A DNA stretch of 64,000 nucleotides from an uncultured Alphaproteobacteria bacterium. Its GTDB lineage: Bacteria; Pseudomonadota; Alphaproteobacteria; Rhizobiales; Beijerinckiaceae. The DNA lies in the NCBI GenBank assembly GCA_963742305.1, contig CAVULN010000046.1, forward strand, positions 13,183 through 77,182. The letters run 5' to 3'. Below, piece by piece: positions 10,060 to 20,215 of this stretch (positions within the stretch are counted from its first letter, which is position 1; the number at the start of each line of letters is the position of its first letter). The position numbers were made by a program, and so were the translations under genes. The notes below the pieces were generated by a model. That model ran no database searches. It had not been told where the DNA came from and worked only from the letters and a program-made list of their open reading frames with translations.

Positions 10060-10204
10060 GGGATCCTGAGGATGCGGCTGTCCGGCGCCGCCCTACGGCG
10101 TCATCCGCCGCGGCGGCGGAATTCCAGGGAACCCCGCCGCACCCGAGGGCCTGGCGGCGCTCAAAACCCGAGAGGCCCAGCTTTCGCGGGCCCGAAGCAG
10201 ACGG

Positions 10205-10822
10205 TCAGCGCGAGTAGAACTCGATGACCAGGTTCGGCTCCATGTGCGTCGGATAGGGCACTTCGGACAGGCCCGGAACGCGGGTGAGTTTCGCCGTCCC
10301 CTTGGCGTGGTCGGCCTCGACATAGTCGGGCACGTCCCGCTCGGCGAGCGCCGCCGCTTCGAGCACCAGCGGCAACTGTCGCGAGGTTTCCTTGATCTCG
10401 ATCACGTCCCCAACCTTGACCTGATAGGAAGCGATATTGACCCGCTTGCCGTTGACGCTGATGTGGCCGTGGTTGACGAACTGGCGGGCCGCGAACACCG
10501 TCGGCACGAATTTGGCGCGGTAGACGAGCGCGTCGAGCCGGCGCTCCAGCAAGCCGATGAGATTGGCGCTCGAGTCGCCCTTCAGGCGGAGCGCCTCGAC
10601 ATAATATTTGTGGAACTGGCGCTCGGAAATGTTGCCGTAATAGCCCTTGACCTTCTGCTTGGCCTTGAGCTGGGTGCCGAAGTCGGTCGCCTTGCCCTTG
10701 CGGCGCTGGCCGTGCTGGCCGGGCCCATATTCGCGCTTGTTGAACGGGCTCCTGGGGCGCCCCCAGATGTTCTCGCCCATCCGGCGATCGATTTTGTACT
10801 TCGCTTCCGCGCGCTTCGTCAT
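10205..10822 (-). CDS. rpsD: 30S ribosomal protein S4
   Basis: [48 protein letters not shown]. Confidence 0.98.
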   Translation of the reverse strand: MTKRAEAKYKIDRRMGENIWGRPRSPFNKREYGPGQHGQRRKGKATDFGTQLKAKQKVKGYYGNISERQFHKYYVEALRLKGDSSANLIGLLERRLDALVYRAKFVPTVFAARQFVNHGHISVNGKRVNIASYQVKVGDVIEIKETSRQLPLVLEAAALAERDVPDYVEADHAKGTAKLTRVPGLSEVPYPTHMEPNLVIEFYSR

Positions 10823-11208
10823 CGCGATTCCTCTCAAAAGTCAGGTTCAACGAGGAGCGCGCCCTCCTCTGCGCCCTGAGGGCGCCGACAGGCCGTAAAA
10901 CCGAGCAAGGTTTCAAGGCCGCGGGTCACGTCAAACGACAGGCGCGCCCTCGGTTGAGAGCGCGCCTGACGGGGTCCTCTAAACGACAGGGGCCACGGTG
11001 TCAAACCCTCCATCGAGCCGCCGCGCGCGGTCCGCCGTGCCGGGAAGGCGCGGGGCTGACATGCGGGGTACGCATGAATTTTTTAGCTTTCGCTAATTTT
11101 TGGACAATTATGTTGCACTTCAGTGCTGAATCCCACGGGCGCCACAGTTCTGACGTCCAAACGTCATGCGATTATTACATGAGAATTTTGCGTCGCACCA
11201 TTGACTTT

Positions 11209-11220
11209 TGCACCGCAGCA
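11209..11220 (+). promoter_or_regulatory. PhaR/AniA-like operator overlapping a sigma70-type promoter
   Basis: TGCACCGCAGCA fits TGCRNYGCASMA; lies between TTGACT (11201-11206) and TATACG (11222). Confidence 0.4.
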
Positions 11221-11320
11221 TTATACGTCACACTGCGTCTAGGGGAAAGGACGATCCAATCGGCACCGAGCGATCGGGGCCACAGTCAGGAGGGCGGTCA
11301 ACCAAAACGGAGACCCGCCC

Positions 11321-11482
11321 ATGAAGATGTTCTCTCTGACCCGTTTCCTGCGCGTTCGGCGCGTCTACTGGAGCGTCGTCCAGGAGCTTTCGGCCTACAC
11401 CGATCGCGAGTTGCACGACATCGGCATCGATCGCATCGACATCCCGGAAATCGCCCGCTTCGCTTCGCGGGAAAAGGCCTAG
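11321..11482 (+). CDS. DUF1127 (YjiS-like) small protein, 53 aa, not in the ORF track
   Basis: MKMFSLTRFLRVRRVYWSVVQELSAYTDRELHDIGIDRIDIPEIARFASREKA; EL..YTDRELHDIGI.R.DI signature; GGAG SD. Confidence 0.9.
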   Translation: MKMFSLTRFLRVRRVYWSVVQELSAYTDRELHDIGIDRIDIPEIARFASREKA

Positions 11483-11489
11483 TTCATCA

Positions 11490-11517
11490 ATGGCGGCGCC
11501 GCAAATGGCGCCGCCAT
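11490..11517. terminator. Intrinsic terminator hairpin between convergent genes
   Basis: ATGGCGGCGCC-GCAAAT-GGCGCCGCCAT perfect 11-bp stem. Confidence 0.7.
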
Positions 11518-11521
11518 CGCC

Positions 11522-12937
11522 TCACTTCCGGTTGTAGGCGTCCTCGATTCGAACGATGTCGTCCTCGCCGAAATAGCTGCCGGTCTGAACCTCGATCAGT
11601 TCGACGTCGATCTTGCCGGGGTTGGCGAGGCGGTGGGTCGAGCCCATCGGCAGGTAGATCGATTCGTTCTCGTGCACCGTCTGGACCTTACCGTCGAGCG
11701 TCACCTCGGCCGCGCCGTGCACCACCACCCAATGCTCCGCGCGATGATGGTGTTTCTGCAGGGAAAGCCGTCCGCCCGGACGCACCACGATGCGCTTGAC
11801 CTGATAGCGCGAGCCCCGGTCGATGCTCTGATAATAGCCCCATGGCCGGTAGTTGCGCCGATGCTCGGTCGCCTCGGGGTGGCCCTCGGCCTTCAGGCGC
11901 TCGACCAGCTTCTTGACCTTGCCCGCCTGCGAGCGGTCGGCGACCAGGATAGCGTCGCCGGTGGCGACGACGATCACGTTCTTAAGGCCAATGACCGCGG
12001 CCAACTGCTCCTCCGAACGCACCAGCACGTTCGAGGAATTGAGGGCCGCGACCCGCCCGCGCAGGCTGTTGCCGTTGGCGTCGCGCGGACTCAACCGCCA
12101 GACGGCCGACCACTCGCCGACGTCCGACCAGCCGACGTCGGCGGTCAGGACCACCGCCTTGCCGGTTCGCTCCATCACCGCATAGTCGATCGAGATCTTG
12201 GGCGCCCTTGCGAAGGACCCATGGTCGAGGACCACGAAGTCGAGGTCCTTTTTCGCAGCCTGCACCGCCTCCGCCGTCGCGCTCGCGATCTGAGGCTCGA
12301 AACGCTGAAGCTCCTCCAGCATGACGTCTGCGCGGAAGACGAAATTGCCCGAGTTCCAGAGATAGCCCTCATCGATGAAGGCGCGCGCGTGCGCTTCGTC
12401 GGGCTTCTCCACAAAGCGCTCGATTCTGCGCAGCCGCGGGTCGCCCGCGAGCGGGGGCCCGGGATGAATATAGCCATAGGACGTCGCGGGGTGGTCGGGC
12501 GTGACGCCGAAGGCGACGATTTCGCCGGCCGTCGCGGCCTCGCCGGCCTGAGCGCAGAGCCGGGCGAACTCCTTTCCGTCCGCGAAAACATGGTCGGCGG
12601 CGAGCATGGCGACGATCGTCGCCGGATCGCGGGCCTGAGCCCAGGCCGCCGCAGCGCCGACCGCTGCGGCGCTGTCCCGGCGGTCGGGCTCGAGCAGGAT
12701 CGTCGCTTCGGCGCCGATCTCCCGCAGTTGCTCGCTCACCCGGAAGCGATAGTCGAAATTGGTGATAACGACCGCCGTGTCGAACACTTCGGGATCGCCG
12801 ACCAGGCCCACGATCGACTGAAAGGTCGAACGCTCGCCGATCAGGGGAATGAATTGCTTGGGCAGGCTTTCCCGCGATTCCGGCCACACCCGGGTTCCCG
12901 ACCCGCCACACATGATCACTGGCATGATTTTGGTCAT
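11522..12937 (-). CDS. manC: Mannose-1-phosphate guanylyltransferase/mannose-6-phosphate isomerase
   Basis: PVIMCGGSGTRVWPESRESLPKQF, FVEKP, WNSGNF, SIDYAVME, C-terminal cupin RPWG...HHHRAEHW. Confidence 0.95.
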   Translation of the reverse strand: MTKIMPVIMCGGSGTRVWPESRESLPKQFIPLIGERSTFQSIVGLVGDPEVFDTAVVITNFDYRFRVSEQLREIGAEATILLEPDRRDSAAAVGAAAAWAQARDPATIVAMLAADHVFADGKEFARLCAQAGEAATAGEIVAFGVTPDHPATSYGYIHPGPPLAGDPRLRRIERFVEKPDEAHARAFIDEGYLWNSGNFVFRADVMLEELQRFEPQIASATAEAVQAAKKDLDFVVLDHGSFARAPKISIDYAVMERTGKAVVLTADVGWSDVGEWSAVWRLSPRDANGNSLRGRVAALNSSNVLVRSEEQLAAVIGLKNVIVVATGDAILVADRSQAGKVKKLVERLKAEGHPEATEHRRNYRPWGYYQSIDRGSRYQVKRIVVRPGGRLSLQKHHHRAEHWVVVHGAAEVTLDGKVQTVHENESIYLPMGSTHRLANPGKIDVELIEVQTGSYFGEDDIVRIEDAYNRK

Positions 12938-13075
12938 GCATATCCCCAGGGCGTTGGAGCCCGCCCGCTCCCCCATCGAGGCGCCGGCAGAGTCCCGATT
13001 CCGTTGATTTCGCGGAGGCTTGTCCGCGAAAAACCGGGCTTTCAATCGCGAGCGCCGCGCGCTCTCCCTCTGCAA

Positions 13076-14305
13076 TCACGGCCGCGCCAAGTCAATGCTC
13101 GTTCCGTGGTCTTGAGCTTGACGCCTCGCCCGGCGGCGCCTCACGGAAGCGATGACGGCCACCGCGGCGGACGCCGCGGCAAGCGCGAGCGCGAAGGCGC
13201 CGAACGCTATCGGCAGCGACAGCGCCTGTGCGATCGCTCCCGTGGCCATCGGAGCGGGCAGGCGGGTCACGGCGCTGAAGAGCGACGCCGAGGCCAGCCC
13301 GACCGCAGGCCCGGCGGCCGACTGGCGCGCGGCGAGCGCAAATCCGCACGGCACGATAGGGCCGGTGCCGACCCCGATCAAGGCGAAGCCCGCGACGCTC
13401 GCCGCGAAGCCGGCCTGCGCGCTGACCAGGGCGAAGCCCAAGGCCGCGATCGCGAACGAGATCATGATGATGCGAAGGTCGCTGACGCGCAGGCGAATGG
13501 CGTCGACGTTGAAGCGCAGCGCCGCCTGGCAGGCGGAAAAGAACGCAGCGCCCAGGCCGGAAACGGCGGCCAGCCTCGGCGCCTCCTCGCGCAGAAGCAG
13601 CGTCGACCACAACAAGGCCGCGAGCTCCGCGGCGATCGAGACGCCGACGACGACCCCAAGCCCGATCAGGGCCGGCATGAAGGACAACCCGCTCCTTCCC
13701 GTCGTCCCGGCCGGAACGGGCGTGGGAAGGTCTCCCGGCGCCGCGCGATGGTAGGCGAGGCCAGCGCCGGCGAGCGTGGCGGCCGCAAGCACGCCGGCCG
13801 CCCACGGCGCGGAACCGGCGGCGATCAGACTGCCGAGAATCGCGCCCAGCGCCATGCCCGCCGATGCAGCCGCATGGAGCCGCGCCATGATCGGCCGGCC
13901 AAGCCGGCGCTCGATCCGCGCGCCCTCGGCGTTCATGAGGACGTCGACCACGCCGCCGAGCCCCGAGACGATGAGGGCGATCGCGACCCAAGGCTTGCTC
14001 GAAGCGTCGAGGAGCGCGCAGAGCGTCGCGCCGAACAGGATCGCGGAAACGGGGAGCGCCTTCTCGACGCCAAAACGATGCGCCAGCGCCCCGCCTGCTG
14101 ACATCGCGATGAGGTAGGCCCCGGTGTAGAGGGTCAGGAGGACGCCGAAGGTCGCCGCGTCGATCCCGGCGCGGGCCAGGATCGCGCCGGATGCGCCGCT
14201 CCACAAGCCTACGCCGAGGCCGAGCGCGAAGAACATCGCCGCGACCGCGGCGTGCAGGGCCGCGCCGGCCTTGGCCGCGCTGGGCGGCTGGATGGAGGGG
14301 TTCAA
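13076..14305 (-). CDS. MFS transporter
   Basis: About 12 hydrophobic segments; DVLMNAEG motif; TTG start overlaps the mttB-like stop. Confidence 0.8.
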   Translation of the reverse strand: MNPSIQPPSAAKAGAALHAAVAAMFFALGLGVGLWSGASGAILARAGIDAATFGVLLTLYTGAYLIAMSAGGALAHRFGVEKALPVSAILFGATLCALLDASSKPWVAIALIVSGLGGVVDVLMNAEGARIERRLGRPIMARLHAAASAGMALGAILGSLIAAGSAPWAAGVLAAATLAGAGLAYHRAAPGDLPTPVPAGTTGRSGLSFMPALIGLGVVVGVSIAAELAALLWSTLLLREEAPRLAAVSGLGAAFFSACQAALRFNVDAIRLRVSDLRIIMISFAIAALGFALVSAQAGFAASVAGFALIGVGTGPIVPCGFALAARQSAAGPAVGLASASLFSAVTRLPAPMATGAIAQALSLPIAFGAFALALAAASAAVAVIASVRRRRARRQAQDHGTSIDLARP

Positions 14306-15860
14306 AAGTCGGTCGGGGCGCCGCCTTCCGCCTTGCGGCGGGCGACGAAGGCCGTGAGCGCGTCGAGCCGTTCAGGCTCGAGTGGGGGATCGACGAAATC
14401 GCGCAGGCGCTCGGCGACGATGCGCTCGGCCGCGTCGCAGCGCGGTCGGGGAACCCGCTTCGCGCCAGGTCTCGTAGTTGCGCCAGTCGGAGATCATCGG
14501 CGAGAAAAAGGCGGTGCGATAGCGCGACTGGGTGTGCTCGGCGCCGAAGAAATGCCCGCCGGGCCCGACCTCGCGCATCGCGTCGAGCGCCAGCTCCGAT
14601 TCGTCCACCCGCATCGGCCGCAGGAACTCGGCGATCATCGCCAGAAGATCGGCGTCGAGCGCCATCTTCTCGAACGAGGCTTGCAACCCGCCCTCCATCC
14701 AGCCCGCGCCATGCATGAGCAGGTTGACGCCGCCCATGATCGCGCCCCACAGCGAGAACACGCTCTCATAAGCCGATTGCGCGTCGAGCGAATTGGCGGC
14801 GTTGGCGTTCGAGGAGCGGTAGGGCAGGCCAAGCCGGCGCGCGAGCTGGCCGCCGACGATCGCGGTCTTCATGTATTCGGGGGTGCCGAAGGCCGGCGCG
14901 CCCGACTTCATGTCCACGTTCGAGGTGAATCCGCCATAGACGAATGGCGCGCCCGGCCGCGCGACCTCGGTCATGATGAGGCCCGCGAGCGCCTCGGCAT
15001 GCTGCTGGGCGAGCGCGCCGGCGAGCGTGACCGGCGCCATCGCCCCGGCGAGCGTGAACGGCGTCATGACCACAACCTGATTGCGGCGCGCCATCTGGAT
15101 CATTCCCTCCAGCATCGGCGTGTCGAGCCTGAGCGGCGACGACGAGTTGATGACCGTGAACAGCGAAGGCTCGCGCTCCAGCGTCTCGTCGTCGAGCCCA
15201 CGGGCGATCCTGACCATCTCGATCGCGTCGAGAATGCGCTCGCGCCCGAGGCTATAGGCGTGGATCGGCTTGTCGGACAGCGTCAGCATATCGAACAGGG
15301 CGTCGAGATGGCGGACCGAGGGGTGGATGTCGATGGGCTCGACCGGATAGCCGCCCCAGAAGTGAATCGAATCGAAGCTCTGCCCGAGGCGGATGAAATT
15401 CCGATAGTCGTGGGCGTTGCCGGGCCGCCGCCCGCCGGCGCGGTCGTAGGCGTTGGGCGCGCTCGCGACCGAGCCGAAGGCGATGTGGCGGCCGCCGATC
15501 GCAAGATCGCGCGCCGGATTGCGCGCATGCAGCTTGAACTCCCTCGGCGCGAGCCCGATGTGCGCCTCGACCAGACCCGGATCGAAGCGGACACGGCGCG
15601 AAGCCGGGTCGACGTCGGCGCCGGCGCTTTTCAGCATGGCGCGCGCCTCGTCGTGCAGGAAGTCGACGCCGATGTCCCTGAGCACGGCAAGAGCCGCGGA
15701 ATGGATGGATTCGAGCTCGTCGGGGGAGACGAGATCGAGCGGCGGGAACGGCAGCGAGCGGCTGGCCCATGGGCCGGACGGCGCCCGCTCCCCCGCCGCG
15801 CTCGGCCGAGCGCCGGCGCCGCCCGCGCCCGGGATCCTGCGGCGGCGATTCGGTTGTCAT
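14302..15860 (-). CDS. Trimethylamine methyltransferase (MttB/MtgB superfamily, non-pyrrolysine); frameshifts near 15772 and 14440
   Basis: NSSSPLRLD, PFTLAGAMAPVT, SNVDMKSGAPAFGTPE, HGAGWMEGGL, VGPGGHFFG; ends GGAPTDF*; no in-frame TAG. Confidence 0.88.
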
Positions 15861-16011
15861 TGTCGTCCTCGGATTGTCCCCGGCGCGCGTGCGCCGCCCG
15901 ATGGCGCCGCATCGCGAGTCGGCGCCTGGCGTCTTGTAGCGGACTTGTCGGCAACATGCGCGCGCCAAAATGGCGTCCGGCCATGCCGGCTCGCGCCGAC
16001 CCCTCGCAGCC

Positions 16012-17046
16012 CTATTTCGCCGCGCGCAGCTTCGGCGGCTCGGCCGGGACGGCCTGCAGTTTTGGCGCCTCGGCCGAGGCCGTCTGGGGTTTCGGCGGCT
16101 CGGCCGCAGGGGCTTCCGGTTCGGGCGGCCGCGCCGCCGCGCCACCCGAGAAGCGTGCGATGAGCCAGGAGCGGAACAAGGCCACCGCCTCGTTGCTCAA
16201 ATCCTCGGGATGGGTGGTGAGGTAATAGCCGTAGCCCTCGTCGAGCCAGAGATCGAACGGGCGCACCAGCCGGCCGGCCTCGATCTCCTCGTGAAACAGG
16301 AGCGGATCGAGCAGCGCCAGCCCGTCGCCCATCATCGCGTATTGGGCCGCGAGCTGTTGGGTGTCGAACACCAGACCCCGGTCGACCGCCAGATCGGGGC
16401 GCCCGATCGAGCGGACGAACATCTCCCAGAAAAAGTGCCGCGGCTGGTTATCGATCTTGAGATGCAAAAGGTCGCTGGTCGCGATGAGCCTGCCCGGATC
16501 GCTCGCGTCGATCGTCTCGAGAAGCTTCGGGCTGCACAGAATCGTCGAGCGCACCATCCACAGGAGATCGTGGATCGCGTCGGTGACGCGGGGCTCCGAA
16601 TAGACGATGGCGATGTCGATGTCGCCGTCCACTTCTGGACCCGAGGTGGGCTTCGAGACGATTTCGAGCGAGATGCCGGCATTCTCGGATCGGAAGTCGC
16701 GCAGGATCGGAATGGCGAGCCGGTGGGCGAACGAGGTCGGCAGCGCGACCTTGAGCACCCGCTTCGGGCGCCCCTTCTCCTTGATCACTTCGCCCAGCGC
16801 CTGGTCGATCCGGTCGAAGGACTTCGAAACGACAGGAAGGATGTGCCGCCCGGCTTCGGTCAGCACCAGCTGTTGGGGGCGCCGCTCGAACAGCGCCACG
16901 CCGAGAAAGTTCTCGAGCACGATCACATGACGGCTGACCGCGCTCTGCGCGACCGTCAGGCTGTTGGCGGCGGCGGTGAAGCTCAGATGCTGTCCGGCCG
17001 CTTCAAAGGCTCTCAGCGCATTGAGCGGCAGCCACTTGCGGTCCAT
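16012..17046 (-). CDS. LysR family regulator (GcvA-like)
   Basis: LPLNALRAFEAAGQHLSFTAAA..L.V.QSAVSRH HTH. Confidence 0.92.
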   Translation of the reverse strand: MDRKWLPLNALRAFEAAGQHLSFTAAANSLTVAQSAVSRHVIVLENFLGVALFERRPQQLVLTEAGRHILPVVSKSFDRIDQALGEVIKEKGRPKRVLKVALPTSFAHRLAIPILRDFRSENAGISLEIVSKPTSGPEVDGDIDIAIVYSEPRVTDAIHDLLWMVRSTILCSPKLLETIDASDPGRLIATSDLLHLKIDNQPRHFFWEMFVRSIGRPDLAVDRGLVFDTQQLAAQYAMMGDGLALLDPLLFHEEIEAGRLVRPFDLWLDEGYGYYLTTHPEDLSNEAVALFRSWLIARFSGGAAARPPEPEAPAAEPPKPQTASAEAPKLQAVPAEPPKLRAAK

Positions 17047-17304
17047 TCCTCCTCCACGCGCGGCGCATTTATCTCACCCATGCTTTTGCGCGCGCGTCAA
17101 GGTTCGATTCATAGTTCATGAACAACGGATCGGGCAATCGTGACCGGTCCCGACGAACTCGCTTTCAACATGAATCGCCGCCGCCGTGACGGCCCGGCTG
17201 AGGCCGGGCGCGACATCGCCGAACCAGGCTCCCTGCCCGCGACCCTTTCCATCAAGCCGCCCGCGCATTAGATAAGCCTCCGAAATCCCCAAAACCGAAG
17301 CCTC

Positions 17305-18882
17305 ATGCCAGACCCCAATCCTGTCGCGCGCCGGCGCACCTTCGCGATCATCTCGCACCCCGACGCCGGCAAGACGACGCTGACCGAGAAGCTGCTGCTG
17401 TTCGGCGGCGCGATCCAGCTCGCCGGCGAAGTGCGCGCCAAGGCCAACCGCCGCCAGACGCGCTCCGACTGGATGGGCATCGAGCGCGAGCGCGGCATCT
17501 CGGTCGTGACCTCGGTCATGACCTTCGAATATGGCGACTGCGTCTTCAACCTGCTCGACACGCCGGGCCACGAGGACTTCTCCGAGGACACCTACCGGAC
17601 GCTGACCGCCGTCGACTCCGCGGTCATGGTGATCGACGCGGCCAAGGGCATCGAGGCGCGCACCCGCAAGCTGTTCGAGGTCTGCCGGCTGCGCGACATC
17701 CCGATCGTCACCTTCATCAACAAGATGGACCGCGAGACCCGCGATCCGTTCGACCTCCTCGACGAGATCGAGAAGACGCTCGCGCTCGACGCCGCGCCGA
17801 TCAACTGGCCGATCGGCCGCGGGCGCTCGCTCGCCGGCGCTTACGACATCCGCCGCAGCCGCCTCACGCCGCTCGGCAAGGACGCGCCGGCGTTCGCGGT
17901 CAACGGACCCGACGATCCGCGCGTCGCCGCGCTTCTGCCCGAGCACGAGCGCGCGCAAGCGATCGAGGAGCTCAACCTCGCGGTCGAGGGGCTCAAGGCG
18001 TTCGACCAGACAGGCCTTCCTCGAAGGCCACTGACGCCGGTCCTGTTCGGCAGCGCGCTCAAGGATTTCGGCGTCAGCGATCTGATCGACGCGCTGGCCG
18101 AATTCGCGCCCGCCGCCGCGCGCGCAGGCCGCCGCGAGCCGCACGGTGCAGGCGGACGAAGCCAAGATGACCGGCTTCGTGTTCAAGATCCAGGCCAACA
18201 TGGACCCCAACCACCGCGACCGCATCGCCTTCCTGCGCGTCTGCTCGGGCCAGCTCAGGCGCGGCATGCGGGCGAAGCTCGTGCGCACCGGCAAGCCGGT
18301 CACGCTCTCCGCGCCGCAGTTCTTCTTCGCCCAGGACCGCTCGCTCGCCGAGGAGGCCTTCGCCGGCGACGTGGTCGGCATCCCCAATCACGGGCTGCTG
18401 CGCATCGGCGACACGCTCGACCGAGGGCGAGGAGATCGTCTTCCGCGGCGTGCCGAGCTTCGCGCCGGAAATCCTGCGGCGGGTCAAGCTCGCCGACGCG
18501 ATGAAGGCCAAGAAGCTGCGCGAGGCGCTGCAGCAGATGGCGGAGGAAGGCGTGGTGCAGGTGTTCCTGCCGCACGACGGCGCGGCGGCGATCGTCGGCG
18601 TGGTCGGCGCGCTGCAGCTCGACGTGCTGACCGAGCGGCTCGCCGCCGAATATGGCCTGCCGGTGACCTTCGAGCAGAGCCGCTTCGAGGTCTGCCGCTG
18701 GATCTCGGGCGACAAGGCTGAACTCGAGAAGTTCCTCGACCGCCTATCCGTCGTCGGTCGCCTCCGACCTCGACGGCGCGCCGGTGTTCATGGCGTCGAG
18801 CGCCTTCAACCTGCGCTACGAACAGGAGCGCTGGCCGAAGATCGCATTCACCGACGTCAAGGATTACCAGAAGGCGGCGTAA
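17305..18882 (+). CDS. prfC: Peptide chain release factor 3; several indels (approx. 18010-18030, 18110, 18420, 18740)
   Basis: RRTFAIISHPDAGKTTLTEK, DTPGHEDFSEDTYR, FVFKIQANMDPNHRDRIAF, GVVGALQLDV. Confidence 0.93.
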
Positions 18883-19267
18883 GGGCCCGGGCGTTGCGGC
18901 GGCGCGCTCCTTCGGGCGAGCGGTGCGCTACTTGGAATGCGCTTCGAGGCACTGAGCGGACGGCGTCAGTTTCCGACCCAACTTTTCGGTGCGCCGCATG
19001 AAAGCGCTCGAGAACGAGATCGATCAGGGCGCCGACGTCGGCGGGCGCCGGCTCCCTGGCCGGTCGGAGCAGCGGAGGATTTGTCCGCCGGCCTTTTTTT
19101 GCGCCTCTCCAAAGCCGGGCGGGCCAAAAAGCGTCCCGCGATCCTCGTTCCCCGTCAATGTGGCGTTTTTTACCGGGCGGCGCCGCTCAAGGCGGCGGCT
19201 TGACCCGCGCCCCAATCCGGGTCAGGCAGGCCCCCAGGGCGCGACAGCCCTCGGCGGGAGACCAAGA

Positions 19268-19633
19268 ATGAGAATGAAATTCATTATACCGTTTTGTGCA
19301 ATGGCGCTTATGGGCGCCAGCGCGGCGCATGCTCAGGTCGAGCTGAACTCCTATGCGGATTCCAAGGGCAATCTCGATGTTCAGAAGCTGACCTGCGGCC
19401 AGCTCGCCAACACCTTCCAGGAAGACGCCGACTTCATGACCGTCTGGTACAGCGGCTGGTACAACGGACTGGCCGGCTACAGCAAATTGAAGGTCGACCG
19501 CGCCAAGGAGCTCGAGCATCGGGTCATCGTCTATTGCAAGGCCAATCCGAAGACCAAGGTCATCACCGCAATGGACATCCAGTTCAAGAAGATGCGCAAG
19601 GAACTTGGCATCAAGGTCAACGACGAGAAATAA
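19268..19633 (+). CDS. HdeA/HdeB-like periplasmic acid-stress chaperone (copy 1)
   Basis: Signal peptide ending AHA; KLTCGQL...W..GWY...YCKANP two-Cys pattern. Confidence 0.7.
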   Translation: MRMKFIIPFCAMALMGASAAHAQVELNSYADSKGNLDVQKLTCGQLANTFQEDADFMTVWYSGWYNGLAGYSKLKVDRAKELEHRVIVYCKANPKTKVITAMDIQFKKMRKELGIKVNDEK

Positions 19634-19716
19634 CCCGAACCATCTTTGCTTTTGGCGCGCACGATGGACTGGCCTGGCGCGCCTCGACGAACCCCCAGAT
19701 CGGAAAGAGAGGAACA

Positions 19717-20091
19717 ATGCTCGCCTCATTCACAAGGCAGGGACGCGCGCCCAGTTTGCGGATCGCGCTTGCCGCGGCGGCGTTTGCCGCGTCCGTTTCA
19801 GCGTCGTACGCCCAGGTCGAATTGAAGACCTACATGGACGACAAAGGCTATCTCAACGTGCGCGCGCTAACCTGCGCGCAGCTCGCCAACACCTTCCAGG
19901 AAGACGCCAACTTCCTCGGCGCCTGGTACAGCGGCTGGTGGAACGGCCACCTCAAGCGGCACACGGTCAACATCCCGCGCGCCAAGCAGGGAATCCACGA
20001 AGTCATCGTCTATTGCAAAGCCCATCCGGACGACAAAGTGATGGACGCGGTGGACGCCTTTGTGAAGAAGGTTCAGGCGGGCGGCCAGTAA
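19717..20091 (+). CDS. HdeA/HdeB-like periplasmic chaperone (copy 2, tandem paralog)
   Basis: Signal peptide; LTCAQLANTFQEDA...WYSGWWNG...YCKAHP, clearly homologous to copy 1. Confidence 0.7.
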   Translation: MLASFTRQGRAPSLRIALAAAAFAASVSASYAQVELKTYMDDKGYLNVRALTCAQLANTFQEDANFLGAWYSGWWNGHLKRHTVNIPRAKQGIHEVIVYCKAHPDDKVMDAVDAFVKKVQAGGQ

Positions 20092-20215
20092 ACGAGGATT
20101 CAAGCGGCGGCGCAGGATGAGCGCGCCGCCGACTCCTGACAAGGCTCGGCACGGGCCGCGGCTTGCGCATCGCGACTCAGCTCCATAACTCAGGGGCTGA
20201 CCCGCGAGAGCCCCA

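Noticed and set aside
11483-11521. Cuckoo sRNA downstream of DUF1127
   Set aside because: No CCTCCTCCC motif; only a terminator hairpin
11633-14101. Long antisense or alternative-frame ORFs (e.g. 11633..14101, 41127..43919, 41321..43975, 49665..51767, 20177..22024)
   Set aside because: Arg/Ala/Gly-rich shadow ORFs typical of high-GC DNA, overlapping well-supported genes
14302-15860. Pyrrolysine readthrough in the MttB-family gene
   Set aside because: No in-frame TAG at the expected site and no pyl genes
17305-18882. RF2-like autoregulatory frameshift in prfC
   Set aside because: At least four separate indels and no CTT-TGA/internal SD signature
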